A stretch of 64,000 nucleotides of DNA from an uncultured Cellulomonas sp. GTDB lineage: Bacteria > Actinomycetota > Actinomycetes > Actinomycetales > Cellulomonadaceae. The stretch lies in assembly GCA_964521875.1 (NCBI GenBank), contig CAZFTZ010000071.1, forward strand, positions 10,155-74,154, in the 5' to 3' direction. A program made the position numbers and the translations under genes. The notes beneath the pieces were generated by a model that was given only the letters and a program-made list of their open reading frames with translations, did no database searches and had not been told where the DNA came from. Positions 36,289 to 46,183 of this stretch are shown one piece after another. The stretch's first letter is position 1, and every line of letters starts with the position of its first letter.

Positions 36289-38979
36289 TCAGCGGGTCCA
36301 TGGGGCCGTGTCTTCGGAGCGGATCGCGTAGCGGGCGATGGCTTCTTGCACTATATGCGGAGATATCGCCGCAGCCTCCGAGAGCGCGCGCAGCGAGGCG
36401 AGGACGATGTGAGCGCGGTCGACCTCGAAGAAGCGGCGCAGCTCGGTCCGCGTGTCGCTGCGTCCAAATCCGTCGGTACCCAGGGCGATGAAGCGCGCCT
36501 CAACGTGCGCCGCGATCATGAGCGGATACGCACGGACATAGTCGGTTGCCACAACGATGGGCGTAGGACCCGGAAGACATGTGGCGAGGTGGCTGTTTCG
36601 CGGAGACTGCAGTGGGTGCAGACGGTTCCAACGTTCCACATCCTGCGCATCGCGCGCGAGCTCGGTGAAGCTCGTGACACTCCAGACCTCGCTCGAGACT
36701 GCCCAGTCGGTCTCCAGCATCCTCGATGCCGCGATGACCTCTCGAAGGATCGCGCCGGATCCGAGCAGTCGCACGCGAGCCGGCGTGCGGCTTCCGGGGG
36801 AGGACAGCCGATACATACCTTTGACGATGCTCTCTGCTGCATTTGGAGGAAGCGACGGCTGCTCGTAGCTCTCGTTCATGACCGTGAGGTAGTAGAGCTC
36901 GTCTGCGCCCTCCTCCATGATCCGGCGCATGCCATAGTCCAGAATGATCGCGAGCTCGTATGCGAGTGCTGGATCGTATGCACGGCAGTTCGGAACGGTT
37001 GCTGCGAGCAGGTGGCTCGAGCCGTCCTGGTGCTGCAAGCCCTCTCCTCCGAGCGTCGTGCGGCCGGCCGTCGCGCCGATCAAGAATCCGCGCGAGCGCT
37101 GATCCGCTGCCGCCCAGATCAGATCGCCCACGCGCTGGAAGCCGAACATGGAATAGAAGATATAGAAGGGAAGCATCCTGATTCCTTGGGTGCTGTAAGC
37201 CGTTGCGGCCGCAACCCAAGAGGACAGCGCCCCTCCTTCCGTGATGCCTTCTTCCAGAAGCTGACCATCACGCGCCTCGCGATACGCAAGGAGTGATCCG
37301 GCGTCCTCCGGTTCATAGAGCTGTCCGGCGGACGAATAGATTCCGACCTGGCGAAAGAGCGGCGCCATGCCGAAGGTTCTTGCCTCATCGGCCACGATTG
37401 GCACGATGCGGGGACCGAATGTCCTGTCCCGGAGCAGGCCCGTCAGCGCACGAACGAAGGCCATCGTGGTGGACATCTCTTTACCCTGCGGCGCCAGGGC
37501 GAACTGCGCATAGCTCTCGAGCGGCGGGACTGCGACGCGCGGCGCGGTGGCGCGACGACGAGGCAGCGGTCCCCCGAGCTGCGCGCGTCGTTCGCGCAGA
37601 TACGTCAACTCCGCGCTGTCCTCGGGCGGTCGATAGAACTTCAGCTCTGCCACGTCGGCATCGGTGAGCGGCAGAGCGAATCGATCGCGGAAATCCTTCA
37701 GCGCGGCGATATCGAGCTTCTTTTCCTGATGCGCCGTCATACGCGACTCTCCCGCGCGTCCCATTCCGTATCCCTTCTTGGTCTTTGCAAGAATGACGGT
37801 AGGGCGTCCCTTGCACGAGACTGCCGCGGAATAGGCGGCGTAGAGCTTGCGGAAATCGTGCCCGCCGCGCTTCAGTGCGTCGATTTGCTGGTGCGACATG
37901 TGCGCGACGAGGGCGCGAAGATCCGGATCGAGCTGAAAGAAGTGTTCCTCGTTGTATCTGCCGTCGTTTGCGCCGAGTGTCTGATATTGACCATCCACCA
38001 GCTGCGCGAAGCGGCGCACCAGCGCGAAGCGATGATCGCGTGCGAATAGCGGATCCCAATCCGAGCCCCACAGCACCTTGATGACATTCCAACCGGCTCC
38101 CACGAACAGCGCCTCGAGCTCCTGGATGATCTGTCCGTTCGAACGGACTGGACCATCGAGACGTTGCAGATTGCAGTTCACAATCCAGGTGAGATTGTCG
38201 AGTTGCTCGCGCGCGGCGAGCGTGAGTGCGCCGACGGCCTCGGGCTCATCGAGCTCGCCGTCGCCGAAAATGCCCCAAACGCGGCGCTCGCTGCGCGGCG
38301 TGAGCCCGCGATGCTGGAGGTAGCGCATGAAGCGCGCCTGGTAGATCGAGCTGATCGGTCCGATGCCCATCGAGCCGGTTGGAAACTGCCAGAAGTCCGG
38401 CATGAGCCACGGGTGCGGGTACGAGGAGAGTCCCGCGCCGCCGACTTCCTGCCGGAAGTTGGCCAACTGAGCCTCGCTCAAACGGCCCTCGAGGTAAGCG
38501 CGTGCGTAGATGCCCGGTGCGGAATGAGGCTGAAAGTAGACGAGGTCACCGCCATCCGGGGCGTCTGCGCCGCGAAAGAAGTGGTTGAACCCGGTCTCGA
38601 ACAGCTCCGCGGCGGACGCGAAGCTCGCGATGTGACCGCCGAGCTCGCCATAGGATTTGTTCGCGCGCACGACCATGGCCAGCGCGTTCCAGCGAATGAT
38701 CGAGGTGATGCGCTGTTCGAGCTCGATGTCGCCCGGATACGGCGGCTGCTTCGCGAGCGGTATGGTGTTGTGGTAAGCGGAGAACCTCGCTGCGGGAGCG
38801 AGCACGCCGAGATCGCGTGCATGCTCCTCCAGCGCGCGTAGCAGGAACAGCACGCGGTCTTCCCCTGCAACGCGCGCGACAGAGTCCAGCGCGTCGAGCC
38901 ACTCTCGCGTCTCTTCCGGGTCCGCATCCACATGTGCTCGTGTCGAGCCGTCCATGCTCCACGGTGCGGCGATGCTCAT
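36289..38979 (-). CDS. mdeB: Homodimeric 2-oxoacid dehydrogenase E1 (AceE family, MdeB-type)
   Basis: DADPEETREW, GELGGHIAS, TPP motif GDGELDEPE...NCN, TTLGGEGLQHQDG (MdeB-like rather than AceE LNGEGLQHEDG). ATG 38979 with ATGA overlap. Confidence 0.8.
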   Translation of the reverse strand: MSIAAPWSMDGSTRAHVDADPEETREWLDALDSVARVAGEDRVLFLLRALEEHARDLGVLAPAARFSAYHNTIPLAKQPPYPGDIELEQRITSIIRWNALAMVVRANKSYGELGGHIASFASAAELFETGFNHFFRGADAPDGGDLVYFQPHSAPGIYARAYLEGRLSEAQLANFRQEVGGAGLSSYPHPWLMPDFWQFPTGSMGIGPISSIYQARFMRYLQHRGLTPRSERRVWGIFGDGELDEPEAVGALTLAAREQLDNLTWIVNCNLQRLDGPVRSNGQIIQELEALFVGAGWNVIKVLWGSDWDPLFARDHRFALVRRFAQLVDGQYQTLGANDGRYNEEHFFQLDPDLRALVAHMSHQQIDALKRGGHDFRKLYAAYSAAVSCKGRPTVILAKTKKGYGMGRAGESRMTAHQEKKLDIAALKDFRDRFALPLTDADVAELKFYRPPEDSAELTYLRERRAQLGGPLPRRRATAPRVAVPPLESYAQFALAPQGKEMSTTMAFVRALTGLLRDRTFGPRIVPIVADEARTFGMAPLFRQVGIYSSAGQLYEPEDAGSLLAYREARDGQLLEEGITEGGALSSWVAAATAYSTQGIRMLPFYIFYSMFGFQRVGDLIWAAADQRSRGFLIGATAGRTTLGGEGLQHQDGSSHLLAATVPNCRAYDPALAYELAIILDYGMRRIMEEGADELYYLTVMNESYEQPSLPPNAAESIVKGMYRLSSPGSRTPARVRLLGSGAILREVIAASRMLETDWAVSSEVWSVTSFTELARDAQDVERWNRLHPLQSPRNSHLATCLPGPTPIVVATDYVRAYPLMIAAHVEARFIALGTDGFGRSDTRTELRRFFEVDRAHIVLASLRALSEAAAISPHIVQEAIARYAIRSEDTAPWTR

Positions 38980-39989
38980 GGCGTTCGCACCGACGCGCTC
39001 TCGGGCACCGCAGCTCGGACGACGTTGATGAGCGGCTCTCCGCGCGCGAGGCGATCCAGGTTCGTCGCAACTTCCGCCCAGCGGCGCTGAACCATGCCGC
39101 GGGTCCATCCGGACATGTGCGGCGTCATGATGACGTTGTCGAGCTGCTCGAAGGGAAAAGCCGAGGGGCGTGGATGTGCGTGCTCAGCGTTCGGATATCG
39201 ATACCAAACATCGAGCACTGCACCCGCAATGCGCCGGGACGCGAGCGCGTGATACAGCGCGCCCTCTTCCACGATCGGACCGCGGGACACGTTGATGACG
39301 AAGGCGCTGCGCTTCATGGTATCGAGAAGCTGCGCGCTCAAGAGCCCCTCGGTCTGCGGTGTGAGCGCACAAGTCACGATGACGAAATCCGCGGCCGCCA
39401 CGCTCTGAGCGATATCGGGGAGACCGACGAACTCGTCCACTTCCGGCGGCACCACGGCCGGAACGCTCCGGTTGCAGACAATGACGCGCATGCCCATAGC
39501 CCTGGCGCGTTTCGCCGTCTGCTGACCTATGCGTCCGTACCCGATCAGGCACACCGTTGCACCGTGGACTTCCTCGTGCTGCGGATGGGACGGCGCACCG
39601 CTCCAGCGCCAGTGGCCGGCCGCGAACTCACGGTGCAGGCTCATCACATCGTGCGCGCATGCCAGCATCGCGAAGATGCAGTACTCAGCGATGGCAATCT
39701 CGTGGCCATATGCGTTGCAGATCGCAACGTGCGCTGGCACAGCATCAAACTGCACCGCATTCAGGCCCGTGGCGGGCGCCTGTAGCAGGCGGAGCGCCGG
39801 CATGGCGGGATAGGTGCTATCGAAACGGATCGCGATGAGCGCTTGTGCGGTTGCGAAGTGTGGCGAACCGCGATCGCGAGGTGAATAGGATTCCAGGCAG
39901 GTCAGCTGCCAGGGCGTTGTGAGCTTGGAACGCAACACCTCGACATAGGGCGCGCTTTCCGCGCCAATCAGGAGCGCCTCGAGTTTCAT
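38976..39989 (-). CDS. D-isomer-specific 2-hydroxyacid dehydrogenase
   Basis: IAEY, GYGRIG, INVSRG, LDVW, TPHMSG; ATG 39989. Confidence 0.92.
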   Translation of the reverse strand: MKLEALLIGAESAPYVEVLRSKLTTPWQLTCLESYSPRDRGSPHFATAQALIAIRFDSTYPAMPALRLLQAPATGLNAVQFDAVPAHVAICNAYGHEIAIAEYCIFAMLACAHDVMSLHREFAAGHWRWSGAPSHPQHEEVHGATVCLIGYGRIGQQTAKRARAMGMRVIVCNRSVPAVVPPEVDEFVGLPDIAQSVAAADFVIVTCALTPQTEGLLSAQLLDTMKRSAFVINVSRGPIVEEGALYHALASRRIAGAVLDVWYRYPNAEHAHPRPSAFPFEQLDNVIMTPHMSGWTRGMVQRRWAEVATNLDRLARGEPLINVVRAAVPESASVRTP

Positions 39990-41509
39990 TTCACACCATG
40001 CATCCATCTGCGTATCGCCGGCGTACACGTGATCGCGATTACGCCGAGCACCAGCGACGCCAGCGCGAGATAACCGAAGAAGAGCTGATAGTGCCGGACT
40101 GACCCACCGTCACCCACCTGCGTGGGATCGATCGCCGATAGCTTTGCGATAGCAGCGGCGAAGAAGTTGCCGATCGCGACAGAGAGCATCCAGAGACCCA
40201 TCATCAGCCCCACGAGCGCGCGCGTGGCCAGCTTCGTCACCGCCGACAATCCGACGGGCACGATGAAGAGATCGCCTACGGCAAAGAATAGGTAGAGCAG
40301 GAGCAGCCAAATTGGATGCAGTTTGGCATCCCCGCTGGGCCAGAAGGCGCCGAGTGCCACGACACCGTAGCCAACGCCGAGCAGCAGCAGGGATTGCGCG
40401 AATTTCGCCGGTGTAGAGGGGTTGTGACCGCGTCTTTCGAGGAACCCCCAGAGCCAGGCGAACACGGGCGAGAGTGCGATGACGAGGAATGGCAGCAGAC
40501 CTTGTAGCTGCGCAGAGCGGATCTCGACGCCCGCGATGTGCCGATCGATGACGCGCTCGGTGAAGAGATTGATCGAGCTGCCAGTCTGCTCGATGAGTGC
40601 CACGAACGCTACCCAGATCGCCATCAACATCGTCGCCGCGAAGAGCTGCTGGCGCTCCGCTCGAGGCAGTCGCTTGAATCCGTAGGCGATGATTGCACCG
40701 GCAACGACGAAGAATGTGGCGCCGACGATGTATCCGAGAGCATCCACCATTCGGACGAGGGGCCATACGAGCACAATGCAGAGTACAGCTCCTGTGTAGA
40801 TGAGCATTTCCACGCTGAGGCCGAACACCGAGCGGGCGCGCAGTTTCGCCGAGTCAGGCGGTGCGCCGATGCCCCGCAGGTGCTTCTGGCCCGCCAGAAA
40901 AACCGCGAGTCCGATAAGAATGCCGAGTCCGGCGACCCCGAAGCCATACCCCCAGCCGTATTTCTGGCCGAGGTAGCCGCAGATCACGGCCGCGATCGTC
41001 GCGCCGAAATTCACGCCGAAGATGAATACGGTGAAGCCCGAGTCACGCAGATGGCCTTCCTTCGGATAGAGCTCTCCGACCATCGCGGAAATGTTGGGCT
41101 TCAAGAGCCCCACGCCAACGATGAGACAGGCCAGTGACAGATGGAACAGCGGCAATTGACCGGGCGCAAGGTACGCGGCGGTACTGCGCCCGAACAGGAC
41201 GTCATCGATCGCCAGACCAATGTGACCCACGCTCATGAGAATGGCACCCAGGGTCACGCACTTTGTGAAGCCTAGATAGCGATCCGCAACGAGGCCGCCG
41301 AGGATGGGCGAGAGATAGACGAGCGCCGTGTACGTGCCGTAGGTGGCGAAAGCCAAACTATCCGAGTACCCGAAGCGATTGACGAGGAAGAAGACCAGCA
41401 GCGCCTTCATCCCGTAAAAGCTGAAGCGCTCCCACATTTCCGTGAGCGCGAGGACGTAGAGCCCCTTCGGATGCCCGAGAAAAGTGTCCTTCACGACGGG
41501 GGCGCGCAA
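39986..41509 (-). CDS. POT/PTR proton-dependent oligopeptide transporter
   Basis: GHPKGL, EMWERFSFYGM (ExxERFxYY-like), GGLVADRYLG, KPNIS. Confidence 0.93.
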   Translation of the reverse strand: MRAPVVKDTFLGHPKGLYVLALTEMWERFSFYGMKALLVFFLVNRFGYSDSLAFATYGTYTALVYLSPILGGLVADRYLGFTKCVTLGAILMSVGHIGLAIDDVLFGRSTAAYLAPGQLPLFHLSLACLIVGVGLLKPNISAMVGELYPKEGHLRDSGFTVFIFGVNFGATIAAVICGYLGQKYGWGYGFGVAGLGILIGLAVFLAGQKHLRGIGAPPDSAKLRARSVFGLSVEMLIYTGAVLCIVLVWPLVRMVDALGYIVGATFFVVAGAIIAYGFKRLPRAERQQLFAATMLMAIWVAFVALIEQTGSSINLFTERVIDRHIAGVEIRSAQLQGLLPFLVIALSPVFAWLWGFLERRGHNPSTPAKFAQSLLLLGVGYGVVALGAFWPSGDAKLHPIWLLLLYLFFAVGDLFIVPVGLSAVTKLATRALVGLMMGLWMLSVAIGNFFAAAIAKLSAIDPTQVGDGGSVRHYQLFFGYLALASLVLGVIAITCTPAIRRWMHGVK

Positions 41510-41517
41510 ATCGTGGC

Positions 41518-42897
41518 TCAGCTCATCCGCTCGATGGTGCGAGTGGCGAGCTGCAGAACCCTCTCCATGGACCCCTGCTGATAAAGAGCCACTCGAACCT
41601 GGTACACATCTCTTTGGAAGGCATCGGGGACAGGAAGGTAGTTGAGGCAGCCGTCGGTCGCATTGAGCACGGCAACCGTCGTATGTGGGAACCGGGCACG
41701 CAGCTCAATCTGGAATTGGCTGTACGGTTCGGCCGGCGTTGCGAGCACGAATGCATCTCCCAACCGCCAGCACGTGAGATAGAAGTCGCCTTCGGCACCG
41801 TCGCCCACGATCGCCCGTCGATCCATTGCACGCTCGAGGCGCTCGAGCTCGTAGCGACTAGGATTTGCGGCCATGGCGCGCTCGATGTCCGCACGCGTCG
41901 GCATGTCCCGGATGGGCAATGTAGTTGTGACGCGTTCAGCCGTGATCGCCTCGCTGATGGATGGCTTCTTCGTGAGCTGCCAGATACCGAGCGCCGTACC
42001 GGATTCCTCGATGCCCCGGTACTCGAGCCGATGGCCAGGGGGAGGCATGGCGGTGAGCGCTGCGAGGGCTGCATATCCGAGCTCGCGCCCATTTTGTTCG
42101 GCCGCTTCAACATTCGATTCGTAACTGCGCCGAGGTGTCATGTCACCGGAGGCGCCGTGAAAGAAGACGCACGTGCCCCCCACTTCTCGTTCGATGAGCT
42201 CGCGCATCGCGCCGACGTAGTCGGATGACAGGAGTTTGTTGCCTCCACCCAGCGAGACGGGATGGCAGGCGTAGTTGACGATCGTGCCGAACACATGACC
42301 CGCTGCGTCGGTGATACGGCCCACCAGCACAGTGTCGTCGGATGGCCCGCGGGGGTTGATCCCGCAAATGTCGCGATTGGACGCGGGGTCGATCGCGTCA
42401 CGATTGAACGCCATGCCGCATTTGCCATACGCCCAACCCACGATCGCCTCGCGTGCGCTTGCGCGTGCCTGGACGATGAGATCGCAAAAGAGATCGGGCA
42501 GCGAGTCGAGGTACGGTGCGATGAGATGGCCGCCCGCCCGATCCGCGTGCTTGCGCAACAACATGGGACTGCTGTGCGAATGAGACGGATGCAGCAGCAG
42601 TTGCTGCGGCTCGAGTTGCATTCGGGTAGCGATCGCCCGCCGCAGCTTAGTGGCCTCCTCCTGCCAGAAAACCATGACATCCAGGGTGAGGAAGACGAGC
42701 TCGTTTGCCCCCGTGGAGTCCTGAAAAACGATGCATGTCGCAAAGAGTGGTCGGTGAACACCTTCGGCGACATCATGGGCGGCGCTGCCCCACGTGCGCG
42801 AATAGATTCCAACGGGCGGAGTGGCGTCGCGGCGCGCGATGCCGACGCGGCCGCGAAATTCCGGGTGCGAAAGGTTGAGGCTCGGTATGGCCGGCAT
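41518..42897 (-). CDS. Neutral/alkaline ceramidase-like amidohydrolase
   Basis: SHSHSSP, NYACHPV, SSDYVG, GASGD, PAEPY, YLP; ATG 42897. Confidence 0.75.
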   Translation of the reverse strand: MPAIPSLNLSHPEFRGRVGIARRDATPPVGIYSRTWGSAAHDVAEGVHRPLFATCIVFQDSTGANELVFLTLDVMVFWQEEATKLRRAIATRMQLEPQQLLLHPSHSHSSPMLLRKHADRAGGHLIAPYLDSLPDLFCDLIVQARASAREAIVGWAYGKCGMAFNRDAIDPASNRDICGINPRGPSDDTVLVGRITDAAGHVFGTIVNYACHPVSLGGGNKLLSSDYVGAMRELIEREVGGTCVFFHGASGDMTPRRSYESNVEAAEQNGRELGYAALAALTAMPPPGHRLEYRGIEESGTALGIWQLTKKPSISEAITAERVTTTLPIRDMPTRADIERAMAANPSRYELERLERAMDRRAIVGDGAEGDFYLTCWRLGDAFVLATPAEPYSQFQIELRARFPHTTVAVLNATDGCLNYLPVPDAFQRDVYQVRVALYQQGSMERVLQLATRTIERMS

Positions 42898-42902
42898 GCG
42901 TT

Positions 42903-44090
42903 TCAGCGATTCAATGCAGACTTCTCGAGGGTGGCGAGCCCGATGCCCGTGCTGCCGAATTCGTTGCCGACGTAGAACATCCAGAGCTGCGCGCCCATAT
43001 CGATGACCGTGGGGTAGGACTGATTCTTCGAGTCGAACTCGCCCGGCGTCGATGAGAGCACGGGCCGATCGAACTTGCGCTCCCAGTGGATGCCATCGGT
43101 GCTCCGCGCATATTCGATGTGATAGCCCAGCTCTCTGCTGGTGATATCGTGCCACTTCGTGCGGTCGGAATCCTCTGTGGGCCGATACCGCTCATGTGGA
43201 TCGGAAGGTTTCGCGCCTGGAGGCATTGCGTACACGCTGAACCACATGTGATACACGCCGTCGACTTTCAGAACGTTCGGCTTGCCGAGCACGGCCTCAT
43301 ACGGATCGACCGCGCCAACCCGCGCCCGCAGGGCCGGCTCGGGCGCCTTCGTCCAGTGGATTCCGTCCTGCGAGGAGGCGGCGCCGATGTGCACGATGCC
43401 GCGATTGCGTTCGCCGAAATGGACGTATCGCTCTCCCGCCGTGTACCACATGAGGTAGCGATTCGGCGCGTCCCGAACGATGCTGACCGATCCCGTGAGC
43501 CCCGCGTCGTAGCTCCCTTTTGGACCCAGGGGCAAAGCGGTTTCACGGACGACCTGCCAGGTAAGACCTTGGTCATTGCTGATCGCAAGCCCGGTCCGAT
43601 TCGAGATCTCCTCGGGAGGCGCCCACGAGCCCCAGGTCGCGTAGTACATGAGCCACGGCCCATCATCACGCGGCAGCACGAACGGGAAGCCCACGCCGCG
43701 ATCACGGATGTTGCCGGATGGATCGGGCCCGAGGAGCGGCTTTTCCGATACGAGCGTCCACTCGAACGGATTGCGCGAGACGGCCTCCGCCGCGAGGATC
43801 ACGTGACGGCCGTGCCAGGGCGGGACGCCATCCGCCGCCCAGAAGTACATGCGCAAGCGTCCGTTTGCGAGTTTCACGACACTCGGGCAAGACACGAGCT
43901 TCGCGGACTGGGGCCCGGCGAAACCGGGCTTTATCAGTACGCCCCGCTTGACCCAGGGTTGAAACGAAGGCGTCTCTTGGGGCGCGGCGTTGGTCGCGGC
44001 AGATGACCCTGCACGCGCTGGGCAGGCGAGTGCAATCACCGTCCACATGAGCAACACAGTAGGCAAAAGGTGGGTCGCGGCTACTCGCAT
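42903..44090 (-). CDS. Secreted five-bladed beta-propeller protein, paralog of 27514-28596
   Basis: GAGG SD then ATG 44090; shares FQPWVKRGVL, NIRDRG, RDDGPWLMYY, SNRTGLAIS, YDAGLTGSV and NQSYP with the paralog. Confidence 0.82.
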   Translation of the reverse strand: MRVAATHLLPTVLLMWTVIALACPARAGSSAATNAAPQETPSFQPWVKRGVLIKPGFAGPQSAKLVSCPSVVKLANGRLRMYFWAADGVPPWHGRHVILAAEAVSRNPFEWTLVSEKPLLGPDPSGNIRDRGVGFPFVLPRDDGPWLMYYATWGSWAPPEEISNRTGLAISNDQGLTWQVVRETALPLGPKGSYDAGLTGSVSIVRDAPNRYLMWYTAGERYVHFGERNRGIVHIGAASSQDGIHWTKAPEPALRARVGAVDPYEAVLGKPNVLKVDGVYHMWFSVYAMPPGAKPSDPHERYRPTEDSDRTKWHDITSRELGYHIEYARSTDGIHWERKFDRPVLSSTPGEFDSKNQSYPTVIDMGAQLWMFYVGNEFGSTGIGLATLEKSALNR

Positions 44091-44153
44091 CAGAACACCT
44101 CGTATGAGCTCAGCCTGCTGGCCGCGTGAGTCTGGTTCGGCGGCTCGATTCAG

Positions 44154-44165
44154 TGTAACGTTACA
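44154..44165. promoter_or_regulatory. LacI-type operator TGTAACGTTACA (perfect)
   Basis: Between the divergent propeller and PLP-enzyme genes. Confidence 0.85.
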
Positions 44166-44185
44166 AAATAGAAGTTCCAAGCACA

Positions 44186-45310
44186 ATGAGCACTCGCTTG
44201 TCAGCGGAACCCGGCACGACATGGGAGGCTATTGAGACGCCTGCACTGCTGATCGACGCCGCCGCGCTCGAGCGCAATCTGCGGCGGATGGCCGACTTTG
44301 CCGCGCGACACGGTGTCGCGCTGCGCCCTCACGCCAAGACGCACAAATGCCCGGTCATCGGACTGCGGCAGATCGAGCTGGGTGCCGTCGGGCTCTGTTG
44401 CCAGACAGTACGCGAAGCCGAGGCGATGGTCAGTGCCGGCGTTCAAGACGTGCTGGTCACGAATCAAGTAATTGGGCCAGGGAAAATCGATCGATTGATT
44501 GCGCTTCGCACGCGAGCCCGCGTCGGCGTGTGCGTTGATGATGCAAGGAATGTCGGTGAGCTCAGCGCGGCCGCCACCTGCCACGGGACGAATCTCGACA
44601 TTGTCGTGGAGATCGATGTGGGGAGCGAGAGGTGCGGGGTGCCACCAGGTGCCCCCGCCCTCGCACTGGCGCGACAGGTAGCGGAATCGCCTGGGTTGCG
44701 CCTGCGCGGCATCCACGCCTATCACGGTCGCGCGCAGCATTTGCGCGAGCATCGTGAGCGTCAGGCGGCTGTCGGTCGCGCAATCGATCTCAGCCGCGAG
44801 ACTCGCGATCTACTGCAAGCCGCGGGACTCGCTTGCGCGGTAATCACCGGTGCGGGTACCGGTACGTTCCCTCTGGAGGCAAGCAGCGGCGTCTATACCG
44901 AGATCCAGGCGGGCACGTACGCCTTCATGGACGCTGACTATGCGCGCAATCGAACCCCGGCGGGCACACCTTTCGATCGGTTCGAACAGAGCGTCTTCGT
45001 GCTCACCACAGTCATCAGCCGCCGCTCGCACGAAACGGCGGTAGTCGATGCAGGTCTCAAGGCGATCGGCGTGGACGCCGGAATGCCGGTGGTCGCGAAT
45101 GCCGACGGAGCGCGCTACGTGCGAGCGTCCGACGAGCACGGCGTGCTCGACCTCACAACGTGCGCACGCGCTTTGCAGATCGGCGAGAAGCTGAAGCTCA
45201 TACCCGGCAACTGCGATCCGACTGTGAATCTCTATGACGAGTACGTGGTGTTACGCGAGGGACGCGTCGCCGCACTGTGGCCTGTCGCTGCACGCGGCCC
45301 CGGAAACTAG
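44186..45310 (+). CDS. DSD1-family fold-type III PLP enzyme (D-threonine/3-hydroxy-D-aspartate aldolase-like)
   Basis: ETPALLID, RPHAKTHK (PLP Lys), GAGTGT, E.QAG.Y.FMD, DAGLKA, SDEHG, PGNCDPTVNL. Confidence 0.9.
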   Translation: MSTRLSAEPGTTWEAIETPALLIDAAALERNLRRMADFAARHGVALRPHAKTHKCPVIGLRQIELGAVGLCCQTVREAEAMVSAGVQDVLVTNQVIGPGKIDRLIALRTRARVGVCVDDARNVGELSAAATCHGTNLDIVVEIDVGSERCGVPPGAPALALARQVAESPGLRLRGIHAYHGRAQHLREHRERQAAVGRAIDLSRETRDLLQAAGLACAVITGAGTGTFPLEASSGVYTEIQAGTYAFMDADYARNRTPAGTPFDRFEQSVFVLTTVISRRSHETAVVDAGLKAIGVDAGMPVVANADGARYVRASDEHGVLDLTTCARALQIGEKLKLIPGNCDPTVNLYDEYVVLREGRVAALWPVAARGPGN

Positions 45311-45321
45311 GAGGGCAAATC

Positions 45322-46149
45322 ATGCCGAAACGACTAACGCCCGAACAGATTCGAGACTTTCGAGAGTTCGGCTACGTCTCCCCAGTGCGTGTGCTGTCCG
45401 AAGGCGAGGCCATCGGGATCCGCGAACGACTGGAAGCGTTCGAGAGGCGCCAGGGGGCACCTCTTCACGGCGCACTCAGGCACAAGTCCCATCTGCTCTT
45501 TCCTTGGCTGAATGACTTGATTCGCGAGCGGCGGATCCTCGACGCGATCGAGGACCTGTTCGGCGCCAACCTGCTGTGCTGGACCACGAATTTCTTCATC
45601 AAGGAGCCGCGCGACGGCGCCTTCGTCTCCTGGCATCAAGACTCCACGTATTGGGGTCTGTCCGCTCCCGATGTGGTCACCGCATGGGTTGCGCTCTCCG
45701 AAAGCAATGAGCAGAACGGCTCGATGCAAGTCATCCCCGGGACTCATCTGATGGATCAGCTTCCGCATCGGGATACCTTCGCCGCACGCAATCTACTGAC
45801 GCGCGGGCAGGAGATCGCAGTGGACGTCGATGCCTCGAAAGCAGTCTCGATCAATCTCATGCCCGGCGAGATGTCGCTGCATCACGTGCGTATCGTTCAC
45901 GGCTCGCCGCCCAATCGATCCGCGGGCCGGCGCATCGGATTTGCAATCCGCTACATCCCCACTTACGTGCGGCAATTGCAGGGGGATGACTCGGCCACGC
46001 TCGTTCGCGGCGTTGATGAGTACCGCACCTTCCAGCACGAGCCGCGACCGGAGCGAGACCTCGATCCGGCACTCGTGGCAGTTCACGAGGCCGTAACGCG
46101 TCGTAACGCGCAAATCCTCTACAAGGGAACTGCGGTCGAGAAGTTCTGA
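45322..46149 (+). CDS. PhyH-family Fe(II)/2-oxoglutarate dioxygenase
   Basis: GGAGG SD; FFIKEP, WHQD, TAWVAL, HGSPPN, RRIG. Confidence 0.92.
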   Translation: MPKRLTPEQIRDFREFGYVSPVRVLSEGEAIGIRERLEAFERRQGAPLHGALRHKSHLLFPWLNDLIRERRILDAIEDLFGANLLCWTTNFFIKEPRDGAFVSWHQDSTYWGLSAPDVVTAWVALSESNEQNGSMQVIPGTHLMDQLPHRDTFAARNLLTRGQEIAVDVDASKAVSINLMPGEMSLHHVRIVHGSPPNRSAGRRIGFAIRYIPTYVRQLQGDDSATLVRGVDEYRTFQHEPRPERDLDPALVAVHEAVTRRNAQILYKGTAVEKF

Positions 46150-46183
46150 AAGCTGCAGCCGCGCGCCAGGCGTTGGCGATCGG

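Noticed and set aside
7867-45310. Beta-hydroxyaspartate cycle (BhcC-like aldolase plus BhcD-like reductase)
   Set aside because: The two genes are ~35 kb apart in different regulons, and no BhcA/BhcB homologs were seen.
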